A stretch of 34,026 nucleotides of DNA from Basidiobolus meristosporus CBS 931.73 (lineage: Eukaryota; Fungi; Basidiobolomycota): NCBI GenBank assembly GCA_002104905.1, contig MCFE01000808.1, positions 1 through 34,026 on the forward strand, written 5' to 3'. This document shows, piece after piece, positions 1 to 11,090 of this stretch. Every line of letters begins with the position of its first letter. Positions within the stretch are counted from its first letter, which is position 1. Made by a program: the position numbers and the translations under genes. The notes under the pieces were generated by a model, which saw only the letters and a list, made by a program, of their open reading frames with translations, did no database searches and had not been told where the DNA came from.

Positions 1-2035
1 TGTTGGGTGCAGTGGCTGATAGGGTAGATGCAATGGCCCAGAGAATCAGGAAATAGTTCAGAAGCAGGATAAGCAGATAATACATGTAGAGCAATCAATA
101 TCCCAGGTAGAGAAAGCAGTATCTTTGCTGCAAAGAAGGAACTCAAGTAGCTCAATGCCACTGGCAAGAATTGAGCCCTTTCCCAATGTAACAGCAGATG
201 AACTCTACAGTCTTTGAAGCACAACAACAGTGCCCGAAGATAAAGCCCACAGAAAAACCTATCACAGCTTAGGAGGAAGACAATATGGTGTTTATACCAA
301 AGCCTAAAAATCAAAAGACACTGAAGATCTGTGAAGCCATTGAGTGCCACAATGAAGAGTGGGCTAATATACAAGAGGCTATCAGAAGTCTAGCATGCCA
401 ATACCTTAAGGCTGGCATACCATGGGACCATCAGGAACTCAAGGCCAAGCAGAATGTGCTTGACTTGCTCCATGAGCATTATCCTGGATTCAAACAGGCA
501 AACAGATTTTGGGGTGGCATTGTTATGCTAAGAAAGTATCTTGTGGATAGCAGAAACTATCAAAGGCAGAAGAAAAAGGGTGTCATGGCTAAAAACCACC
601 GGCTTCCTCAAGAGCCCAATGCAAGCAGGGCCAAAAGCTCTAAACAAGTGTCAAGAGATGTCAGGTAGCTCAAAGAGTGCCAATAAGGGACAAGAAGGCA
701 GACACAGATGCACCAGCATAACATTTGTCAAGGAAAAAGCATAGTACCACTCAAGAAGCACCCAGTTGAAATAGCAGTGAAGGACCTGGCAGTGACAAAA
801 GCCAGTGGGTTTCTCAGGAGCCTGTCACAACTACAGCTGAAAGCTCAAAACCAGCGGAAAAGATGCTTCAGCTTGCAGGAGAGTGCTAGAAAGAGACAAG
901 TAGGCCAAAACAGATGTGCCAGAGCAGAATTTATCAAGGAGAGAGTGTGGTTCATTACAAGAAGCACTCAGACAAAGTAGCAGTGAAAGACCTGGCAGTG
1001 TTAAAGGAAAAGGTAAAGGGAAAAATGTCTACCCAAGCCTGAGACAGGGAAGCATGCAAAAAAAAATGCAGTTCTTGCCAATTAATGCCTCAAGCCCAGA
1101 ACAGACTGAGTCCCATCATAGCCAAAAAGAATTACCAACAAGAAGACAGCTGTTTTCACTGGAGTTGGAAGCACAGCCAGTTTTGCTACAATCCAGTGAG
1201 GTAGATGAGTTTGCAGAAAAAGGCACTTTGTCTACCACAGCCTCCACATCCTTCATTGTTGATAGAGTGGAGATTCCACCAACAGACAAGGCTACAATGT
1301 CAAGAACTCAAAAGACTATCACAATGCCTTCAGTGGAATTTTGAAACATCAATAGGCACACTAAGAGGTAGCAGCACTTCATCAAGTGGAGTGCTCTAGA
1401 ATATGCACTTGAATATTGCAAGAATTTAATGCAAAGACTGGCAGATGAGGTGCTAGACCTTGAAGTGCTGCCTGAAAACCAGGTTGTGTGGGAACCAGTA
1501 AATGTACAGTGGCATAAAGCTGTTGGGTTCCTGCCAAAGTAATGGAAATGGAGCATTACAGCAGAAATACTTATTGAGTGGTGGATTTTAATGGAGTTAC
1601 TTGTTGAGTGTGGGGTTGGGCTTAATGTTGGTTCTGGGTATAGGGACTTGTAATGGTCAACACATTTGGCAATTGAGGTACAACTGAAGTTTCAACAGAA
1701 ATAAATCATTTTGTACATTTGAAAAATAAGAAAAACAGTTGAGTCAGGAAGTAAGGGGTGTGAAAAACAGACAATAGTCAATTAATGTACGCAAGCATAG
1801 GAGGTGATTGGGTGTCTGGAATCAGAAGCTGAGCAAATTGACAAGGAACCAATCAAAAGTCACTTATAATACATTGACATGAAAAATTTTGACCAAGTTT
1901 TTTGTGAAATCTGGGGTGCAATCTTTTTCAATGGTCTCTGCATGGTGGCCTGATTGGATCAGTACCTCTTAGTCATGGGACTTTAAATCTGTGATGGCCT
2001 TTTGAGGGGATCATCACAATAATTTCTCATGGGGA
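1..2035 (+). pseudogene. ORF-B, decayed accessory gene of a CACTA-like element (copy 1, 5' end outside window)
   Basis: ORF pieces 285-668, 708-980 and 916-1344, plus an in-register continuation to about 2030. They give a coiled-coil-like N-terminus, a helical motif (WANIQEAIRSL..IPWDHQ..VLDLLHEHYPGF..FWGGIVMLRKYLVDSRNY), a K/G/S-rich linker and a C-terminal block (ADEVLDL..WEPVN.QWHKAVGF..IEWWILMELL..EPIKSH). Homologous sequence recurs at 4965-6405, 9165-19800 (minus) and 20755-22640. Confidence 0.55.
690..1010 (+). repeat. Internal ~215-bp tandem duplication within ORF-B
   Basis: gcaccagcataacatttgtcaagg...gcagtgaaggacctggcagtg (about 709-800) is repeated as gtgccagagcagaatttatcaagg...gcagtgaaagacctggcagtg (about 916-1000). 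The same duplication is present in the copy at 21300-21600. Confidence 0.6.
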
Positions 2036-2039
2036 CTGA

Positions 2040-2760
2040 AGAAAGGTGTATTTCAAGGTGGGTCTGTTGTCTTTTCACTTTTGTCCCATTCAGCATCAGA
2101 GTATCTTAAAAGATCATGTTCTGAGTTCTTATTAATGTAATTTAAGTAGATCTCAGTGGTTTCTTTTGAGTATCCAAAAGTCTGCTCAACAGCTGCAATA
2201 TGAATACAGATTGGCCATTAGGATCCCATAATGAGGCTGTTATAATTTAAGAAGCTTGGGATTCTTAGCCATCTTTGCAATCTTGTAGCAGGATTGCAAT
2301 GGTGTTCTGCTATGTTTACTGCCAAATAAGGTAAAAATCTTAATTATAATTTGACAGTCTCCTTGAAGGGCTTGCCCTATAAAGAATAAATTGGTCCTGC
2401 AGGTGAATCCAATCAAGTTCAGTGGTGAGGATCCTGCAGTGTGTCCATTATAATGCTGGCAGCTTGGAATTATTGACCCTCCACACAATCCTATGACAGG
2501 ATTGTAATTATGTTTTGCTGATTTACTGTCAAATAAGTAAAAAGCTTGACAGTGTTTAAGCAGTCTTTTGACAAGAATTGCATGGCATTCCAATGGTCTT
2601 AACATGCTCTTCATTTATTTAAGTGGACATAGCCAGCCAATACATCCAATTGCCTTATATGACAAAAAACTTGGCAGTTCTCTGATAGCCTCATTGCAAA
2701 CCTCTGCCAGCATTATAAAAGCAGTCCAGCAGCCTATAGTTTTTTGATATTATTTGCTTA
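2040..2760 (-). pseudogene. ORF-C, decayed unknown ORF downstream of the CACTA-like transposase
   Basis: Protein-like pieces on the minus strand (track ORF 2240-2614; PICIHIAAVEQTFGYSKETTEIYLNYINKNSEHDLLRYSDAEWD). Homologous sequence follows the transposase at 3426-3800 (minus) and 24700-25140 (plus). Confidence 0.35.
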
Positions 2761-3425
2761 TCAACCACTACCTTGGGTTTCCTACATATAGTTTGAGTCA
2801 AATATAACTGTGGCCTCCTGCTTACTAGCCTCCACAGACACACAAATCTACTGTAGTTGACACACTTTTATCACCTCAGCTCTATGGCTTTTTAGTGTGA
2901 TACTTGCAAAGTTGTCATGTACATATATAGACATCTGCAAAGAGCTTCTTGGTATTTAACAAATAGATTCCTTCTGCATACTGGACTCTAGTCCCCCTCA
3001 TAGGTGCACCCTGGCTCTTGTTTGTGGGAATTCTGTATTGAATGCCATGTGTCTCCATGTGCACATCTGTCCTCAGTATTTTCCAACTCTTCATAGCTGT
3101 CCTCCATGTGCCAACTCATCACATCCATGACAGACTTGAAGACAGTATTCTTGATGAGATTGGGATATAGTAGTACCTGTTACTTGACTTGTCTTCCTAT
3201 CTCCCCATAAATCTGCTCCATAGGAAACTCCCAAAAGGTGAAGCAAGGCCCAATATTTTCCACACACCAAGCTGGATGGAATAGTGAATGGATACAGAAG
3301 TGGCAGTGATCTACATGTTCAGCTTTATGCTTGTAGTATAGCTGCTCAAATCCTGTCACAAACTCCTTGCATAAAAGCTGTAGATGTATCAAGTTGCCAT
3401 TGGTGATCCGCTCCTGGATAAATAC
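2760..3425 (-). pseudogene. CACTA/EnSpm-like transposase C-terminal remnant (copy a, internally deleted)
   Basis: ORF 3180-3392 reads LCKEFVTGFEQLYY..CIHSLFHPAWCVENIGPCFTFWEFPMEQIYGEIG, matching the FVxxFExLYY / HxLLHL..GP..W.FPMER..G motifs of CMC (CACTA) transposases. Confidence 0.72.
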
Positions 3426-4960
3426 CCCTATGAAAAATAATTTGGTCCTGCAGGTGGATCCAATCTGGATGAGCCATCAGGATCCCATTTAGAGTTCATC
3501 ATAATACCAGCAGCTTGGAATTAGTGACCCTCCTAACAATCTTATGTTGGAATCACAAAAGTGTTTTGCTAATTTTACAACCAAATAAAGGGATAAAACT
3601 TAACAAGATTTAATTGGTGCTGTGACAATAATTGGATGGAATTGTTGCAGTCTTTTAGCGCTCTACAACTATTTTAACTGGATCCAAATGGCTAGGAAGT
3701 CCAGTTGCCTTATATGGCAAGAAGCTTGACAGTATTTTGCCAGCCTCACAGCAAGACTTGAATGACATTATATTGGCAGTATGACAGCCTACTGCTGGTT
3801 CTGTATAATGCTACTGTACCAGCTTACCAAATGGTATTTCCTTTTTCTACCTCCCCTTGTGCAACTCATATATTCCACTATAGAATCACCCCTCTTTATT
3901 TGCTTACCCACTACTACCTTGGGTATTCCACATATAGCTTAAATCAAAAAAAAACTATGGCCTCCTGCTTACTAACCTCTACAAATGCGCACACCTGCCA
4001 CAATTGACATACTTCTAGCACCTCAACTTTACAGCTTTTTAGTGTGATACTTGCAAAGTTGCCATATACCTTGTACTGCTGGTAACATAAACATTTTGCA
4101 AACATATGCTTGATTGTCACCACTTCTGCTATGAATACCTCCTCCATATCCACAAAGAACATCTTGGTATTTAGCCAATATATTCCTTCTTCTTGCTTGA
4201 TTTTAGTCCCCCTTATAGGTGTGCTCTGGCTTTTGTTTATGTGAATTCTGTATTGAATGGTGTAGAAGTTAGCTTGTGGCCATGAGAAATCTGGCATACC
4301 TGGGTAGAGTTTTCCTACTAAAAATTAGTTGCTTATTGTGCCCAACCCAAATTTGCATTACTTGACTGATTACCCACAGATTAGGACTGCTTAGCTTCTT
4401 AATGCTATAGGCATAGGTGTCTCCATGTGCACACTTGTGCTCAGTATTTTCCAACTCTTCCAGGGTGTCCTCCATGCGCCAACTCATCATATTGATGATG
4501 GACTTCAAGGTAATATTCTTGAAGAGATTGGGATATGGTAGTACCTGCAACTCGACTCATCTTCCTATCTCCCCACACATCAACTCCGTAGGAAACTCCC
4601 AAAAGATGAAGCAAGGTCCAATATTCTCCACATGTCATGCAAGATGGAGTAGATAATGGATACAGTGACAGCAGAGATCTACACCCTCAGCTTTATGTTT
4701 GTAGTATAGCCACTCAAATCCTGTCACAAACCCCTCACACAACAGCTGTAGATGCGTCAAGTTGGCATTGATGATCCACTTCTGGATAAATACTCTTACA
4801 ATGTCCACATACAACTCCTGGTGAATACAATGTACTCTTGGTAAAAGTGGCTCAGAACATCACCTGAGTAAATACATATCCAGTTCATCCAGTCTGTGCA
4901 GTTGTATTGTTGCATATGCATATGAATATTGGTTGGAGCCTATGAGAAGTACTTATTCAT
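3426..4960 (-). pseudogene. CACTA/EnSpm-like transposase remnant (copy b) plus start of ORF-C
   Basis: The minus strand reads LCEGFVTGFEWLYY..CIHYLLHLA*HVENIGPCFIFWEFPTELMCGEIG, continuing into track ORFs 4269-4550 and 3944-4297. Many stops fall at apparent former CGA codons. Confidence 0.75.
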
Positions 4961-4964
4961 GCAA

Positions 4965-5935
4965 GAAAACTGCAGTTCTTGCCAACTAATGCCACAAGCC
5001 TGGAACAGACTGAATCCCATCATAGCCAAGAATAATTACCAACAAGAAAACAGCTGATTTCACATGAGTTGGAAGCACAGCCAGTTGAGCTACACTCCAT
5101 TGAGGTAGATGAGTTTGCTGAAAACGGCAATTTGTCTACTGCAGCCTCCAAATCCTTCATTGCTAACAGAGTGGAGATCCCACTGACAGTCAAGGCTACA
5201 ATGTCAAGAGCTTGAAAGACCATTACAATGCCTTCAGTGGAATTTTGGAACATCAATAGGCACACCAAGAGGATGCAGCACTTCTTCAAGAGCAGTGCTC
5301 AAGAAATTGCACTTGAATATTGCAGGGATTTATTGCAAAAACAGGCAGATGAGGTGCTAGACCTTGCAGTGCTGGCTGAAGACAAGGGCATGTGGAAACC
5401 AGTGAATGAACAGTGGCATAAAGCTGTTGGATTCCCTCCAGAGTTGTCAAACCAGGGCATTACAGCAGAAATACATATTGAGTGGTGGATTTTAATGGAG
5501 TTACTTGTAGAGTGTGGGGTTGGGCTTAATGTTAGTGTAGGGTATAGGGACTTGTATAGGCTAATGCAATTGGCAATTGAGGTACAACTGAAGTTTTGAC
5601 AGAAATAAATCAATTTTACATATGCAAAGTAAGAGAAACAGTTGAGTTAGGAAGTAAGGAGTGTGAAGAAGAGGCAATAGCCAATTGATGCACACAAATG
5701 TAGGAGGTGACAGAGTGTCTGGGATCCAAAAGTGTGCAAATTGGCAGGGAACCAATCAAAAGCCACGTAAACATCATTGTGATGGAAAATTTTGACTAAG
5801 TTTTTGTGAAATCTGAGGCGCAATTATTTTTCAACAGTCTATGGACAGTGCCCTAATGGGATCAGTACCTCTTAGTCACAGGACTTTAACTTTGTCACAG
5901 CCTTTAGATGGAATTGTTGCAATAATTTTTAATAG
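4965..5935 (+). repeat. Copy of the ORF-B C-terminal region
   Basis: Aligns with 1060-2020; ORF 5228-5599 matches the translation of 1320-1700. Confidence 0.75.
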
Positions 5936-5939
5936 GGAA

Positions 5940-6405
5940 ATTGCAGTTGAAAATTGCAAGGATTTATTGTAAAGACTGGCAGATGAGGTGCTAGATCTTG
6001 TAGTACCAGCTGAAGACCAGGACATATGGGAACCAGTGAAAGAACAGTGGCATAAAGTTGCAGGTTTCCTACAAAAATCATGAAAGAAGTATGTTACAGC
6101 AGAAATACTTATTGAATGATAGGTTTTTGTGAAGTCACATGTTATGTATGTTGTTGGGCTTAATGTTGGTGCTGGGTATGGGTGCTTGTATAGGTCAATA
6201 CAATTGATAATTGAGGTACAACTGAAGTTTCAATGCAAATAAATCAGTTTGTGTGCAAGAAAAGTAAGAGAATTGGTTGTGTCAGGAAGTACGGAGGGTA
6301 AGAAAGAGGCAATAGCCCAGCAAGGACACAACACAGGAGGTGATTGAGCGTCTGGGATCAGAAAGTGAGCATATTGACTCTGGACCAATCAAAAGCCACT
6401 TATGT
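5940..6405 (+). repeat. Second, shorter tandem copy of the ORF-B C-terminal region
   Basis: gactggcagatgaggtgctag...gaccaatcaaaagccact repeats about 5320-5770. It is interrupted at 6409 by the PHIS derivative. Confidence 0.75.
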
Positions 6406-6610
6406 ATTAGACTTGATCTGTTGGATAGTGCCCCACAGTGCTTGCCTGTTTATAGTACAGGATCAATCTGGCACTCTAAAGCACTATCTGGCACTCCAAT
6501 TTCTACCATATTGCCAGTGGTAGGATACAGCAACTGGTATTTTACTCAGTCATTATTATATTGCTCAGAACAGTGCTTTTCTTGCTGCATTTAAAGGATT
6601 GTGCTGAAAT

Positions 6611-6630
6611 GATTTGATTTGATTTGATTT
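6611..6630 (+). repeat. (GATTT)4 microsatellite near the transposase-deletion junction
   Basis: gatttgatttgatttgattt; the younger copy has gaattgatttgg at the equivalent position. Confidence 0.8.
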
Positions 6631-6943
6631 GGCACAATCAGCTTTATTTATCTGATTTTCCATGCACTATGATTAAATCTCCATCAATTGCCATGTATCC
6701 CATCCTTATGTTGTAAAAATCATCCTCAAACAATGACTGGGTAATTTTATTGAAGTTTTACTCACAAGTCTATAATCAAATAGGAAATTTGTAATTGATG
6801 TGATCTGATCCATGTCAATGTGATCCAAGATACATCATGCATAATATATGGAACATTCAACAGTCATATTAGTTCTCATATATATTTATATAAGACCTGG
6901 TTGATGCCAATATATTGCTGTATAAGTACTCAAATCTGTCACT

Positions 6944-8477
6944 ATGGTCCCTATCCCAAGCCTCAACCCATCATTAGTACAACCTAGGCAAAACCCATCC
7001 CCCAGCTCACCTTGTGGTCTGGACCAAGAAAGTTGATGTTGGATCCATTTGAGCTCTTGCCAAATGATTTTAGTATGGCCCAAGTGTCTATGATGAGCCT
7101 TCATACAGATATTTGGGCACTACTCATTAATGTAACAGAACCAGATATCTCAGAAAGTCAACACACACAGATGAATCTGAGTAAAAAATTGTGGCCTGGG
7201 TCCTACATCAAGATGCCAACAGATATATGTAAGAATACTCTAAGAAATAAAATTGAGAAAAGGCCAGCAAAATACCATCATAAAATCAGCTGAATTCCAA
7301 GTTTCTCAAAATTGACAACTCCCAATATCTCTATTCTGAGCTGATGGGCAGGCAAGCAAACAAGCCTCCATACCAAATTTGGTAATAAGCTGCCCATCAC
7401 TTTCATTAAAAAATTGCATTTGAAATTTGAACCCAAAACACCAGCTCAATAGCAGTAAAATACCATTAGAATACCAGCAGAATACCTGCTAGAAATCAGA
7501 TGAGTCCCAAGTTTGAGATTTTTCATAGGGATATATATACCAAGACAAGTATTGAAATCAAGAATGAGCTTAGAGTGAGGGTATTTTATGAGGAAGCCAA
7601 ATGCAAACAAACCTACATGCAATTTGCACAGTATATGCTGGACACCTCTGTTTGTGTCTCAGGTTTGGTAACCAAAGAGATTTGAATGAATTTTTGCCTC
7701 AAGTGACTAATGTATTACATGATATATTGATACAGCCAAGTGCCATTCAAGTGCAATATCCACAGGACTCATCAAGGCAACAGCTCCAAAGTGTTAGACA
7801 GAGGGTAAGCTAATACTCTACAGAATCAGAAGGAAAGCTTCAAGAGGAAGAATAGAAACTGCAAGCAACTGCATCCAGATTGCACCAGTACACCTTGCTG
7901 GGCACCTTACCATCACCTGCAATGATGGCGCACCAGTGCACATCAGTCCAATCTGCACCAACATCTTTCACAAGAGCACCCCACATTGAGTCAATGCATG
8001 TCAGAACAACATGGATGCTTCAGAGCAAAACTACCAGAACTTGCCATACTGCTCATTTAGACAGTAGTCCATTGGAGCAAGCCAAGTTGCATCAACATGT
8101 AACAGACTCAGCTAAGGGCCATGCCAACAAGTCAAGTTGTGCCTATGCATGCTGTTTCACCTGACCATTAGCAAGTTACTTCTTGTGAACAGACTGACAA
8201 TGACCCACATGAAGTGCTTCCACCACTGGAACCTTTAGCAAGTAAAGGAACACATCAGTAAATGGCACTTCAGGTGGGTTCTGTTATATCATCTGGAGCA
8301 ATTCAGCATGGCCAAGCTCCAGCATTGCACTCATCAGCTAGGAGGCAAAATACTAATTACAAGTACACTAGTAGCCAAGATGATAGTCAACAAAGAGGTA
8401 GATCAGGTGTTCAAGGTGAATTACTACCAAATGCCGCAGTAGTAATCCTTGTGAGAGAGAAACCTAGGAGAAGATGA
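6944..8477 (+). pseudogene. Accessory gene of the PHIS derivative (decayed, MITE-interrupted)
   Basis: ATG GTC CCT at 6944 aligns with ATG at 11467, with several synonymous differences (cct/ccc, atc/ata, tca/tct, agg/aga). Ends EKPRRR* at 8477, matching KKPRRR* at 12697. Confidence 0.8.
7238..7530. mobile_element. 293-bp MITE-like insertion
   Basis: Absent from the paralogous copy at about 11755-11765. Flanked by ATA direct repeats (7235-7237 and 7531-7533); removing it restores equal-length alignment. Imperfect termini: CTCTAAGAAA and, on the reverse strand, CCCTATGAAA. Confidence 0.7.
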
Positions 8478-8986
8478 TGCAATTGTACTGAATTGTCACC
8501 ATTTGTCATGAAACAAACATCACAGCATTTTGGAATCTAAACTGAGCCATTGTAAATCAGTGATCATCAAACTTTTGATAAAAGTAATATTATGGTTGTC
8601 TCACATTTGAGACAGAGCCCCTATAATAAACACCCTGCAAATAGATACATCATCTGCAATACTTATGCAGCCATTTGATTGAATCTGCACCTGCACAATT
8701 GGTTGCATGCCTGCTATGACACTTTGTCCAATCACTAAGATCAGGGATTTACTTGCTCAATTGGCAAAATGGGATATATGATGGCAAATTAGATAGCTTT
8801 TGTACTGGTCAATGAGCCAATTGGGGGCTAACAGCTTCAGGATACTTTTATACAAATTGCCATCAACATACCATCCAACTGAAGTAACAGTGACCCAAAT
8901 AGTAAGTATCAGTGCGGTTTATAGTGTGGTATGCATTTATTTCTACTTACATTGCAGAAATATATTCAAATATCAGATTTTACCTG

Positions 8987-9160
8987 ATAGGGATATTGTT
9001 GAAAAACAAATGCATTGCTCCCAATGAAGTGCTTTTGCTCCAATGGATACCTTATGTTGTGGGTATCTCCAGTTTGCAACTAATATCATATTCCAGGCAA
9101 CGGCTTATAACTAGCCAACTTTGCTGCAATTTAATGCTGACTTCTCCTTATAATATTTTA
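8987..9160 (-). pseudogene. CACTA-like transposase fragment (DxMH region)
   Basis: The minus strand reads LEYDISCKLEI..SLGAMHLFFNNIP; it is an inverted homolog of 23320-23490. Confidence 0.65.
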
Positions 9161-10039
9161 CTATGCTAATACTGTCAAAAAGCTGCCACAAATTCCAAGT
9201 CCCTTGATTAAGCAGCATTGAACTCATCAGGGCATCATGCTAAGACCATCAAAAAATAATTGCACCCCTGATTTCACAAAAAACTTGGTCAAAATTTCTC
9301 ATCCCAACAATACAAAAGTGACTTCTGATTGGTTCTCTGCCAATTTTCTCACTTTCTGCTCTCAGATCCTCTATTGCCTCCTACATTTGTGTCCATTAAT
9401 TGGCTATTGCCTCTTTCTCACACTCCTTACTTCCTGACTAAACCGTTTCTCTTACTTCTCATGCATATAAATTGATTTATTTATGTTGAAACTTAAGTAC
9501 CTCAATTGCTATAATATGGTCCTATACAAGTCTCTATGCCTATACTAGCATTAAGCTCAACCTCATACTCAACAAGTAACTCCATTAAATCTACCACTCA
9601 TATTGTTTCTGTTGTAGTACTCTGTTTCCATGACTATAGTGGGAACCCTTCTGCTTAATGCCACTTCTTATTCACTGTTTCCCATATGGTATGGTCTTCA
9701 GCCTGCACTGCAAGGTCTAGCTCCTCATCTGCTAGTCTTTGCAATAAATCCTTGCAATATTACAGTGGGTTTTCTTGAGCACTGTTCTTCACAAAGGGCT
9801 GCAACCTCTTGGCATGCCTATTGATGTTCAAAAATTCCACTGAAGGCATTGTGACAACCTTTTGAGCTCTTGATGTTGTTTATTTGTCTGTCAGTAGAAT
9901 CTCCACTCTGTCAATAATGAAGGACATGGCAGCTGTGATAGACAAATTGCTCCTCTCTGCAAACTCATCCACCCAACTGGAGTGTAGCAAAACTGGCTGC
10001 ATTTCTATGTCCTGTGAGTACAATTGTTTTCTAGTCAAT

Positions 10040-10054
10040 AGACTTGTTCTGTTG
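10040..10054 (+). repeat. Left terminal inverted repeat
   Basis: AGACTTGTTCTGTTG; 13/15 match to the reverse complement of 13427-13441. Confidence 0.9.
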
Positions 10055-10130
10055 GATAGTGCCACATAGTGCCAGCCTGTTTATGGTGCCGGGTTGATCT
10101 GGCACTCTACGGCACTATCTGGCACTATAA
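10055..10130. repeat. Subterminal inverted array (TAGTGCC-like x3 facing GGCACTA-like x3)
   Basis: gatagtgccacatagtgccag (10055-10075) pairs with ctggcactctacggcactatc (10099-10119) at 18/21 positions. A decayed version is present at about 6425-6500. Confidence 0.75.
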
Positions 10131-10222
10131 TTTCTACCATGATGCCTGTGGTATGATACAGCTACTGGTAATTTTACTCAATCTTACTTATGTTGCTCAG
10201 AATAGTGCTTTCCTTGCTTTAT

Positions 10223-11090
10223 TTACTCTTCATAAGGCTCCAGACACATTTCTCTCAGTGGATGTCTTCTTGTATCAACATACTGTGCATTAATAAGTAT
10301 CTTAACTATTTTACCTATTCTGCTGTTTTCTCCTATATATGACTTTCCTCTGTATCTACCTGCCAATATGCTGAATCTCTTCAGATATCCAAATGTGTGC
10401 TCTACCCTTACTCTGAAATGATTAAATATCTCATTGTAGAGCTTCTGCTTCCTGCTAAGTACACCATTCCTTGGCTTCCTATAAGCTGTAATACATCCTA
10501 ATCTCTGACAATCCTCTCCTATATAAGCTAAGTCTGCCATACATTTCTCCCCTCTACTGAATTCAGGATGATTCTCTACCCAGAGTGCTTTGTCATGCCT
10601 ACTTCCAGCAAATGGCCCACTAAACCAGATGATGTTACCCTCAATGTCAGACAGTGCTTGAAACTTCACACAGTGTGCCTTGTACTTGCCAGAATAAAAG
10701 TGTCTCTGCCCTCTAGAAGGTCTGTTAATCCTCTCTGGGAAGGTATCCAAAATACTCCTGATATGGAACCTGTTGCTGAACACTCTGGGATATGGAAGTC
10801 TATTGGAGCTTCTGAACCTTGTATTCCAAGCTTGCTCTAAGTCATTCATACCCTCTGCAAGGTGGTTCTCCATTGCTGTCAGCTGAGAATGAAAGCTTCT
10901 AGGACTTTTGTTGCCATGGATGGTGGGATGAAACCTTGTAGGGCAATAGTTCTTGTAATAGCAGAGAAGCTTGACAAGGGATCTCCTTGAGTAGATTGGG
11001 GTTGATGGTCCACAGTACTTGGAATAGATCTCCTCTAGTGTGTCAAAAGGAAATCCAGTGGTAGTGATGGGATTGATGAGAAAAGACCAT
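10223..11090 (-). CDS. DDE transposase, IS5/ISL2-like DDE_Tnp_4 family (start probably disrupted)
   Basis: Motifs ILDTF, YSGKYKAHCVKF, GPFAGSRHD, ADLAY, YRKP, RVRVEHTFGYLKRFSIL; the D-D-E triad is intact. The frame is open from 11188 to 10223. The first in-frame ATG is at 10873; an ATG at 11090 is 1 nt out of frame. Confidence 0.9.

Larger units (their letters stand above)
6409..8986. mobile_element. Older non-autonomous derivative of the PHIS/Pangu-like element (transposase deleted, right end truncated)
   Basis: Starts AGACTTGATCTGTTG, preceded by ATT. Collinear with 10040-13210 except that about 10220-11140 (the transposase) is missing. Similarity ends at attttacctg (8986 vs 13210). Confidence 0.88.

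Noticed and set aside
5020-5289. ORF beginning MKKCCILLVCLLMFQ, resembling a secreted protein
   Set aside because: It lies antisense to ORF-B in the frame that shares third codon positions. The Cys/Met richness is what CpG decay produces, and the start is not kept in other copies. Not fully excluded.
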